A DNA stretch of 64,000 nt from a virus (Duplodnaviria; Caudoviricetes), in the IMG/VR virus record IMGVR_UViG_3300028591_000161, positions 19,179 through 83,178 of that record, one strand, 5' to 3'. Each line of letters opens with the position of its first letter. Within the stretch, counting starts at the first letter, position 1. Shown one piece after another: positions 38,895 to 46,502 of the stretch. A program made the position numbers and the translations under genes. The notes beneath the pieces are model-generated. The model worked only from the letters and a program-made list of their open reading frames with translations, had not been told where the DNA came from and made no database searches.

Positions 38895-39680
38895 ATGACA
38901 ACTATCAATGAAAAGCTCGAAAAGGCAACTTCTCTGGAGGATAAGCTCTGGGCAATCCACCGTGAATTCCATGCAATCCCGGTCAGAGTCAGCTATGGCT
39001 CGTGGGAAGGATTCGAGATCCGGCTGACTACCGAGGGTGAATCGCTCTGCTATGGCCCGATGCGTTGGCAGGTCAACGTTGACGACATCGAGCTCGTCGG
39101 AAATCTGATCAAAGCATTCCAGCATATTGACCACACGATGCTGGATGTGCTCAACAAGGTGTGGGGGTACCAGCACCTCGGGATGCATCTCGGATTCATG
39201 GAGAAATGTGATCCCGAAGAGATGCTCCACCGCTGGGAACGGTTCAACAACTGGGTCGGAAAGTATTATCCCGACTACCAGAAGGAACCGCTCGATCGGA
39301 AATTCGACTGGATGAAGCACAAGTCCCTCCCGGAGAATTCTATCGCATGGGCGGCACGTGTGATCCTTTACGGGATCAAGCCGTCGGCGGTTGGTCTGAA
39401 GCTCTACACGGAGCACAAGACCGAAGTTACTGAGAGTGGCATCCTCAAGCTGACAGAAGATTCCAATCTTGTCGGCAGATGGCACTTCTCTGATGAGTCT
39501 GGCACCGTCAGCACTATCGACAGCTTTGGCCTCAGTGGTTGCATCGGTGCTGCAATGCAGAAAGCATTCGGTGACGAAAAGGATATCGTCGAATGCGAGA
39601 AGGTCCCCGAACAGTGGGAAATTGAGGCCAATGTTTTCATCGGCCTCAAGACCAAGAAGAATGGACTTTTCAAGAAGTGA
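38895..39680 (+). CDS. Hypothetical protein (261 aa), isolated GC-richer gene
   Basis: RBS-like AAGG; own AT-rich promoter region and terminator; visibly higher GC than the flanks. Confidence 0.75.
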   Translation: MTTINEKLEKATSLEDKLWAIHREFHAIPVRVSYGSWEGFEIRLTTEGESLCYGPMRWQVNVDDIELVGNLIKAFQHIDHTMLDVLNKVWGYQHLGMHLGFMEKCDPEEMLHRWERFNNWVGKYYPDYQKEPLDRKFDWMKHKSLPENSIAWAARVILYGIKPSAVGLKLYTEHKTEVTESGILKLTEDSNLVGRWHFSDESGTVSTIDSFGLSGCIGAAMQKAFGDEKDIVECEKVPEQWEIEANVFIGLKTKKNGLFKK

Positions 39681-39811
39681 TCCTTCTCCCCGATGAGCAG
39701 GGGCAAGCTCACAGATCGAGCCGGTCACAGTAGGGCGTTCAGTGCCTATAGATTCCTGTGACCGGCGAAACGGAACTGGGAGGTGAATCCCTGATGATGA
39801 AGAAGATGGTT

Positions 39812-39837
39812 ATGGGCGGGGATTCACCCCGCCCATA
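39812..39837. terminator. Bidirectional intrinsic terminator
   Basis: ATGGGCGGGG-ATTCA-CCCCGCCCAT followed by a T8 run. Confidence 0.8.
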
Positions 39838-39850
39838 TCATTCTTTTTTT

Positions 39851-42800
39851 TTATCCGTTATATATACGATTGATTTGACGTTTGAGATTGATCAAAACTT
39901 TGTTGGCTGCAGCCGTCAAAACGATTGAAGGAATCATACGTTTCAACACAGCACCAGGTGCGACAAACATTGAAATCTCTTCATCAGGATCAGTCTCACC
40001 ATATGGCTCCAAACCTTCTGGAACAACCTCGGAGATAACCTGTTTGGATGCGGCGTAAACAACGCACTTATCACCAACGGATACATCATCGCCATGCTCG
40101 ATATAGATTTCAATCAGAACATCACAACGGATACCCTTGATAGTCTGACCCTGCAAAGGAGCTGTTGGATAAGAATACAGCGTTCCGAGTTTGTAAACAG
40201 AATCTGAATTATCATACTTATCCAGAATCTTTTTTCGCTCTTTGTTCTCTTTAAAGTGTGCATCCAGCAATGAGAACAATGACGGAGAAAGCTTATCCAT
40301 ACTCTTGTTGGTGTACATCTTAATCGATTTCACAACACCGGCATGTTTCGATTTGACTACTCGCTTTGCAGTATCGAGATTCGATCCAGCGGTTCGGAAT
40401 GAATTCAAGAATGCGTCAACTGATTTGTCTCCAGTATCACCCAGACCGAATACAATGAGAGGATCACCGATTTCAACTTCATCGCCAACCTTGACGACAC
40501 TTTCTATATCATCAAGCGCTTCGATCTTGGTTGCCTGACACATTGTAACATGTGTTCCAAGACGTCGAGACATCTTATTTGTGATAATACCAGCATCTTC
40601 ATATGTTGCGTATGTACCACAGAATGCAACCTTTGCCAACGGTCCGAGATTCATTCTCACCATTCCAGTTGAATCCTTTGAGAAGAATTTTGTATGATAC
40701 GCGAGGATATCATTCTTCACAAACTTGTCACCCTTTTGGAAATTGGAGACCAGCTTGTTATCGGTATAAAATCCCGAACCGGGGTTGAATGAATATCTGG
40801 AATCAACAGGAATTGCCTGTTTCTTCTTAGAGGCATATTGGACGATCATATATCCGTCAGAGATATCAATGACTTGTCCATCTTCTTTTGCCACGACGGC
40901 AAACTCATCGGACAAGTATGATGGTGCAATCTCATCCATACCGTTCGAAATCAATACTGGTTCTGCATCATCAACCGGAAGAATATGTCCTGTCTGCGAT
41001 GTTGCGATAGCGGTACGAATTGCATCATCATGGGTAACAGTACCAGGTGTCAGCAGTTCGGAGAATGATGCGAGTTGCAGATCATTGTACTCTGTTTGAG
41101 AGGGATCATCTGCAATTGTATAACCACGAACTGATGAGACTTTTGGATCAACAGACAACTGACGTACCATACCAACGTTCGCAGAGTTCGGCGTAGACAT
41201 ACCCATCTTACCGATCATTGACTCGTCAAATGAACGTTTTGCTTCGGTATAAGCTTTGTCTTGGTTGACACCGCCGTATCCCTTTTTGGATATGGTTTCA
41301 TCCTCATGCAATTCGATCATTGGGTTCAGTGCAGATGATGTTGAAACCGTTTGTGTTGCCATCAGTTCGTTCAGAATCGTCATGCGGTTAAACACAAGCT
41401 TCGCATCACGAGTCTTTGAACCAACCGAGTTATTGTATTTTGCGATTGCAACTGCGAGATGATAATGAATCATTGCAGGAATGATCTCGGATGAACGAAT
41501 GCGATACAATGAAGCATTATTCTCAGATGTGAAATTGTTATCAGCCAACAAATTCGCGGCATAGATCAACATATCTGCGATGTTATTCGGGACATGATAA
41601 TGTTGACACACGTCTGCCGTGATCGCGTCCACAAAGAAATGATAATATGTAATGAATGTCGTTCTCTGAGAATATTGCTTGAAGAACATCTGATTGAAGA
41701 TGTCGACATATACCGAATTATCATCCATGATGGATGTTTCAAAATCTGTCGTAGAATACTGCCGTGTATTCAGCCGATAGAAACCGTTGAAGATCAATTG
41801 ATTTGGTACCGTATTCTTGATCGCGAGTGTCTTGTCCTTGAATGGGATCTTTAAGAATCCAGGGACATCGTCACGTGGACCAACATACTTGTATTCTGTA
41901 CCAGATCTCTTCAGCAATGAAGACAATCCTTCCCATGCAGCAATCGCAACACCGAGCGGAATTTGCACACCGATTTTAATGTCGGCATACATTGACAACT
42001 TGGTCGGTTTGCCCTTGTTGTAATCCGCAACGATATCTGACGGCAATGCACCAATGATCACTTCCGTCAGAGATTTTCCATGACGATCCAATCCCGTTTC
42101 CGTATTCAATACGATCGGAACTTGGTTGATCATACCGCAGCAGAATTCATTATCATTGACTTGTACGAATCCAAAGTCGCGCAAACATTGGTCGCGGTTG
42201 AAAATGATTTTACAACCAGCTTCTTTGTTTTCGAACTTAAACCACTTTCGAGCATATTCATCATACTCGATTGTCGAAATGAATCGGCTGTTTGTCACCA
42301 TCGAACTTCCATATTGTACATATGGATTCCGACCATCGTTCAGATTCCGCTTTGCGACAGCTTTCAGCATCATAGTGATATCCACGAGAGATTTCGTATC
42401 ATAACGAGACACGGTAATCTTATTGTAGTTGGATGTCAACATGACCTTCTTTTTGTTGATTTTCAGAATCGGAATCGGGAAATCTTGTTTGCCGATATTG
42501 TATGTTGAACCATTATAAAGAAACTTGCCGTTCTTCATAACTGGTACCACAATGTCAATATGACTCTGGGTTCCTGAACGCTTATTCTTCAATTGAACAC
42601 GCCAATTGTGCAACATGGAAATCGGTGATGAGATATCAGTAACATCGATCTTTGTGACATTGAAACCTTCCGGAAGTTTCTGAAGTGTCATAAAGGTCGC
42701 GATGATATCTTGGTCCATCATTTGTTCCTCATATGCTTCTGCAATCCTTGGGAATGATGAACCCCGCTGTGCACCAGGATTCAATGTTGTGATATGTGCA

Positions 42801-44038
42801 GGACGAATTGGTGGTGGCATCGGAATATCCGTTACAGAACTCACGGAATCAGCATTCAATTCTTTCAAACTGATTTGTCCGATGTTCTGTCGCAGTTGGA
42901 ATTCACGTGGAGATGTTGTCGTACGGAATACGGATTCCTCATTGGATGATTGACGCATCGTTGCCAATGATTTGGATGCTTGTTGAATCAGCTGGTTCTC
43001 AACTGGATTATCTCCACCAACTTCCAAATCACGCGCAATGTGTTTGTAATTGGCAACCGCAGTTTCATTCGGTGTGATACGATGCATCAATTTCGTGTTG
43101 ATGTCGAGTGTCTGTGCACGATACATCTTATCATCTTGCTTTACACCTGGAGCGATACCATACCGATCACGGAGTGATTGTAAAGAAGCTGCAAGTGATG
43201 ATGATTGACGAGCAGGGATCGGTTCTTCACCTGCTTCGGATGCAGATTTATCCGCATTGATGGAATCGATCATTTCATCAATGGATTCATCCGGTTCGGT
43301 AGCTGTCTGATTTGATGAAGATTTATACGGCGTTCCGACTGTGGAACACATTGTACGGAGTGATTCAGCGTCACTCTGTGAAGTTGACCGAAGATCCATC
43401 TTATAATCATTGGATGCTGAGCGGAAGATCACGGTGATGTCTTGTGAAAGTGATCCGTTCTTTCCCGACAGATAAGAACCGATTAAACCATTCACAAGGT
43501 CAGAAGTAACGGTTTCATCCGAATCATAAATACGGAATCGATCTGTATTTACGATAAGAATTTTCTTTTGTGCACCCGTAAATTGTTGCATCAATGTAGA
43601 CAGCATCTGAGGCGCATTTCGTTCAATGTATTCCTGAGACAGTGAACGAACAGAACGATTCATTTGAAGCATAACATCCGACATTGAAATGTAGACACCG
43701 TCTTTTGACAGTTTATTGATTGGCGGTTTGGCAACCTGAATCGCCGGAGCCAGTTTCTGTTTCATCAGATAATCAACCTTTTTCCGATACTCGGAATCAG
43801 AAATTGAATATCTGAAGTTCACAGGACCTATTTTACCATTTACGGAAAACGGAATAATAATTTTCGTTATCATCCGGGGTGGTGGCATCTTCTTGATCAA
43901 TTCGATATCATATTCGAATGATCCAGCCAACAGAAATACTGCAACGTCATTGGCTTCTTTCGGAAGCATGAATGGTGTTGATGTTGGTTGCAGATTCTTT
44001 CCAGATGATAGATCGATGGATTCTTTAAAGAATTGCAT
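39851..44038 (-). CDS. rpoB: Multisubunit RNA polymerase beta N-terminal (large) subunit, probably virion RNAP, with N-terminal extension
   Basis: FLYNGSTYNI, STPNSANVGMVRQL, DDAIRTAIATSQ, ATYEDAGII (FED), VGDKCVVYAASKQVIS (both conserved Lys spaced as in GDKxxxRHGNKG), PGAVLKRM; ends before the clamp region (no GGQRFGEME). Confidence 0.9.
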   Translation of the reverse strand: MQFFKESIDLSSGKNLQPTSTPFMLPKEANDVAVFLLAGSFEYDIELIKKMPPPRMITKIIIPFSVNGKIGPVNFRYSISDSEYRKKVDYLMKQKLAPAIQVAKPPINKLSKDGVYISMSDVMLQMNRSVRSLSQEYIERNAPQMLSTLMQQFTGAQKKILIVNTDRFRIYDSDETVTSDLVNGLIGSYLSGKNGSLSQDITVIFRSASNDYKMDLRSTSQSDAESLRTMCSTVGTPYKSSSNQTATEPDESIDEMIDSINADKSASEAGEEPIPARQSSSLAASLQSLRDRYGIAPGVKQDDKMYRAQTLDINTKLMHRITPNETAVANYKHIARDLEVGGDNPVENQLIQQASKSLATMRQSSNEESVFRTTTSPREFQLRQNIGQISLKELNADSVSSVTDIPMPPPIRPAHITTLNPGAQRGSSFPRIAEAYEEQMMDQDIIATFMTLQKLPEGFNVTKIDVTDISSPISMLHNWRVQLKNKRSGTQSHIDIVVPVMKNGKFLYNGSTYNIGKQDFPIPILKINKKKVMLTSNYNKITVSRYDTKSLVDITMMLKAVAKRNLNDGRNPYVQYGSSMVTNSRFISTIEYDEYARKWFKFENKEAGCKIIFNRDQCLRDFGFVQVNDNEFCCGMINQVPIVLNTETGLDRHGKSLTEVIIGALPSDIVADYNKGKPTKLSMYADIKIGVQIPLGVAIAAWEGLSSLLKRSGTEYKYVGPRDDVPGFLKIPFKDKTLAIKNTVPNQLIFNGFYRLNTRQYSTTDFETSIMDDNSVYVDIFNQMFFKQYSQRTTFITYYHFFVDAITADVCQHYHVPNNIADMLIYAANLLADNNFTSENNASLYRIRSSEIIPAMIHYHLAVAIAKYNNSVGSKTRDAKLVFNRMTILNELMATQTVSTSSALNPMIELHEDETISKKGYGGVNQDKAYTEAKRSFDESMIGKMGMSTPNSANVGMVRQLSVDPKVSSVRGYTIADDPSQTEYNDLQLASFSELLTPGTVTHDDAIRTAIATSQTGHILPVDDAEPVLISNGMDEIAPSYLSDEFAVVAKEDGQVIDISDGYMIVQYASKKKQAIPVDSRYSFNPGSGFYTDNKLVSNFQKGDKFVKNDILAYHTKFFSKDSTGMVRMNLGPLAKVAFCGTYATYEDAGIITNKMSRRLGTHVTMCQATKIEALDDIESVVKVGDEVEIGDPLIVFGLGDTGDKSVDAFLNSFRTAGSNLDTAKRVVKSKHAGVVKSIKMYTNKSMDKLSPSLFSLLDAHFKENKERKKILDKYDNSDSVYKLGTLYSYPTAPLQGQTIKGIRCDVLIEIYIEHGDDVSVGDKCVVYAASKQVISEVVPEGLEPYGETDPDEEISMFVAPGAVLKRMIPSIVLTAAANKVLINLKRQINRIYNG

Positions 44039-44070
44039 GTGATCATCTCCTTAAGAAAAGAGGGATTTAA

Positions 44071-44226
44071 ATGTTATTTGAAGAAAAGCATACATATTAT
44101 CACACGTGCCCATATTGCGGAGCGAATCTCGACCCCAATGAGAAATGTGACTGTCAGGATACTGAGGTTACAGAAAAGTCACAGGAAAGTGAAGTGAAAA
44201 ACAACAATGAATGCCATAACACCTGA
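44071..44226 (+). CDS. Small zinc-ribbon protein (51 aa, not in ORF track)
   Basis: YYHTCPYCGANLDPNEKCDC, four Cys; RBS AGAGGG; TGA 44224-44226. Confidence 0.65.
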   Translation: MLFEEKHTYYHTCPYCGANLDPNEKCDCQDTEVTEKSQESEVKNNNECHNT

Positions 44227-44467
44227 TATCCGATTTGTAACAATGGAAGATATCGCCGACACACCGCAAGAACCGAATTATGTGGTATACAATACCGCAT
44301 TGAAGCCGGATCGTCGTAGAATGCTATTCCAAGCATTCATGGCAAAAAAATATGATCATGTCTTTACAGAAGACGAACTTGATCGGTTGATGAAATTCGA
44401 TGAGTTTCATCTTGTCGAATTTGTGAATGCCGTCAAGAATATAATTCGAAATGTAAAGTCACAATAA
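44207..44467 (+). CDS. Hypothetical protein (86 aa)
   Basis: Overlaps the upstream small ORF; plausible helical protein. Confidence 0.65.
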   Translation: MNAITPDIRFVTMEDIADTPQEPNYVVYNTALKPDRRRMLFQAFMAKKYDHVFTEDELDRLMKFDEFHLVEFVNAVKNIIRNVKSQ

Positions 44468-44473
44468 CAGTAA

Positions 44474-44599
44474 TTTCAGAGCAGGGGCGTTCGTGTTCCA
44501 TGGGTACTGTCAAACCTCCTTTCGTTTGTTCTGCTGGGATTCGCTTCAGATCGTTCCTCATGCATGTCGGCATGAGTTTGTCAACGACCTGCTCTGAAA
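44474..44599 (+). ncRNA. Candidate structured small RNA / 3' UTR containing an anti-SD-like CCTCCTTT
   Basis: 12-bp perfect closing stem TTTCAGAGCAGG/CCTGCTCTGAAA, internal 7-bp hairpin, followed by a terminator; strand uncertain. Confidence 0.35.
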
Positions 44600-44608
44600 G
44601 AAAAAATG

Positions 44609-44632
44609 AGACGGCGGGGAAACCCGCCGTCT
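44609..44632. terminator. Bidirectional intrinsic terminator
   Basis: AGACGGCGGG-GAAA-CCCGCCGTCT with an A-run before and T-run after. Confidence 0.8.
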
Positions 44633-44642
44633 TCATTCTTTT

Positions 44643-45239
44643 TTATTCGTCATCGATGAATTCAGCATTCAACATTCCCCCAGACATGTTTGCAAGTCTA
44701 TGGATTGTTGAAATTGAAATCACCATTTTATCACGTTCGTCCGGGCTTGCTTTGTAGAATTTTGAAACCAACTGGGAAACATTATTTACGATTGTCGGTT
44801 TCAATGTTGCTGTCAGTTTCTTACGGACATCCGTCGGTGTAATCTGATAATGCATCAGAATCTCTGAAAACATCTGTGTGAAATTAACTTCATCCTTGAA
44901 GAACCATTCAGAGGTCTTTGCCATACAGACGTCATCCGGGTCTTCCAACCAAATATAGCAGTATATATTCGGCTGATGTACATGAAGAATATCAAGAATT
45001 TCTTTCAGTTTGGATTGGGAAATTGTGTTCGTCTCCGAATTCAACAATTTCACCAAGCGGTCATTCAACGATGAAGGTTTGATAACACCGTCACCGACAC
45101 CACGACACAAAGCCGCCATGATGATATCGTTATTGACTTTCTTTGAGAAATCGATAACGGGTTTCACATCAACGACTTCATGAAGCTGTGAGATAGCATC
45201 TGGTGTGATCAACCCCTTCGCTTCCTCAAGAGTCATCAT
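44643..45239 (-). CDS. Hypothetical protein (198 aa)
   Basis: RBS AGGAGAGG; coupled to the upstream gene. Confidence 0.8.
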   Translation of the reverse strand: MMTLEEAKGLITPDAISQLHEVVDVKPVIDFSKKVNNDIIMAALCRGVGDGVIKPSSLNDRLVKLLNSETNTISQSKLKEILDILHVHQPNIYCYIWLEDPDDVCMAKTSEWFFKDEVNFTQMFSEILMHYQITPTDVRKKLTATLKPTIVNNVSQLVSKFYKASPDERDKMVISISTIHRLANMSGGMLNAEFIDDE

Positions 45240-45603
45240 TTGTATCCTCTCCTAACTCTGTATAGTCAGCTTCTTCTCCTTCAAATTCAATACAATCGGT
45301 TTTGCTGTTTGTTCCTTTTGTGTATACATCTTTGTATCTTTCCATTAGTTGTGAAGCACATTCGATCGAGCAAAGATCCCATCGTTGGAATGATTCACAT
45401 GAGTCATTCCCCCAATCGTTGTGCGATGTATTTGCTTTGATATAATTGGAACCACTATGAATAACTTTTCCGCATATATCACATTTCATTCCGATGACAA
45501 CTTTTTCCCGAAATGGTTTCGCACCCGGATGATCCTTTACATATTTTTCAAACATTTTGTCTGTCATAGGGACACACAACACATCGACTTCAGTTTTGGA
45601 CAT
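45226..45603 (-). CDS. Hypothetical zinc-finger-like protein (125 aa)
   Basis: CDICGK ... DLCSIEC pairs; RBS AAAGGAGG. Confidence 0.75.
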   Translation of the reverse strand: MSKTEVDVLCVPMTDKMFEKYVKDHPGAKPFREKVVIGMKCDICGKVIHSGSNYIKANTSHNDWGNDSCESFQRWDLCSIECASQLMERYKDVYTKGTNSKTDCIEFEGEEADYTELGEDTNDDS

Positions 45604-45656
45604 ATACAGTCCCTCCTTTCAAAAAAATGATATAAATATATAAAAATAAAAAATAT

Positions 45657-45680
45657 TATGCGGGGCCGAAGCCCCGCATA
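45657..45680. terminator. Intrinsic terminator
   Basis: TATGCGGGGC-CGAA-GCCCCGCATA. Confidence 0.75.
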
Positions 45681-45692
45681 ACACCTCTTGTA

Positions 45693-46484
45693 TTAGTATG
45701 CACACAGATGCCGCATCGATGGATCCAGTTTGAACAGATAATCCATATGACACATAGCATACTCGATGAATGCACGATTCATGCCCTCTTCAGTGGAGAT
45801 GCGATTGCCTTCCACAGCAGATTCAGCAACGAACTTTCCAGTCATTCTGAAGATGACAGATTCATTTGTGAGATCTTCTTCTCCTTCATCTGTTTCCGGT
45901 TTTGAAGTCTTGCGCTCCACAAGCTTCTCATCCAGATCAGAAAATACCGGCGCATCGTTGGACTTGCGAATGACGTTTGCCACATCATCGACAACCTTTT
46001 GGGAGACGATCTCCTTGATTCTTTCCCGAAGCTCATCGTAGTTCTCGATATTCTTCAGCTCGTCCTTCAGATTCTCAGCATCCGCAACACATGCATCATC
46101 CTGCTTGTCAACAACCTTGGATTGAATCTGCATCGTCTTACCATCGATTTCCTGAATAATATCAGAGAGAACCGGTGATTTGCCGAGTGCACATTTTGCC
46201 TTATTCAGATAATCATAGCATGTACAGCCATAATCGTCATGAATATGCTTCATGATGGATTGATCAATCATTCCATCAAGATCCTTTGTGTCGTCATGCA
46301 GCATAGCACAGACGAGATCTTTGAGAACGTACAGTGACAGCTTTTCGCGGAACTTACCGGCATCAAATGTCGTAGGTGTATTGACGCCCGGATTCTGATG
46401 AATGGTAGAGTTCACAGTGTTCGGAAACTTGTTATTGGCACCATCAATGATGGCATCCAACATACCTTTGATATCAGCTGGCAT
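45693..46484 (-). CDS. Hypothetical (probable head/internal virion) protein (263 aa)
   Basis: RBS AAAGGAG; coupled to the 807-aa protein. Confidence 0.75.
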   Translation of the reverse strand: MPADIKGMLDAIIDGANNKFPNTVNSTIHQNPGVNTPTTFDAGKFREKLSLYVLKDLVCAMLHDDTKDLDGMIDQSIMKHIHDDYGCTCYDYLNKAKCALGKSPVLSDIIQEIDGKTMQIQSKVVDKQDDACVADAENLKDELKNIENYDELRERIKEIVSQKVVDDVANVIRKSNDAPVFSDLDEKLVERKTSKPETDEGEEDLTNESVIFRMTGKFVAESAVEGNRISTEEGMNRAFIEYAMCHMDYLFKLDPSMRHLCAY

Positions 46485-46502
46485 TGTATTTCACTCCTTT
46501 CA

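Noticed and set aside
38847-39728. 293-aa antisense ORF (also 47094-48002 and many other track ORFs opposite long genes)
   Set aside because: Shadow ORFs opposite codon-biased genes; no RBS, they cross terminators, and the translations are unnatural.
39760-39830. Hammerhead ribozyme (CTGATGA at 39791 and GAAA at 39767)
   Set aside because: No stem II flanking the core and no NUH cleavage triplet in the required position (the candidate is CUG or GUG); the core elements cannot be assembled in any hammerhead topology.
44067-44080. Variant late promoter AAAT-N6-TAA upstream of beta-N (similar sequence at 11129-11142 upstream of the holin)
   Set aside because: It lacks the conserved C and has different spacing; it is too easily matched by chance in AT-rich DNA to call.
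44089-44100. CATACATATTAT as an early promoter
   Set aside because: It lies inside the small zinc-ribbon ORF (codons for HTYY); the similar CACATATTATT at 26066 is part of a terminator stem.
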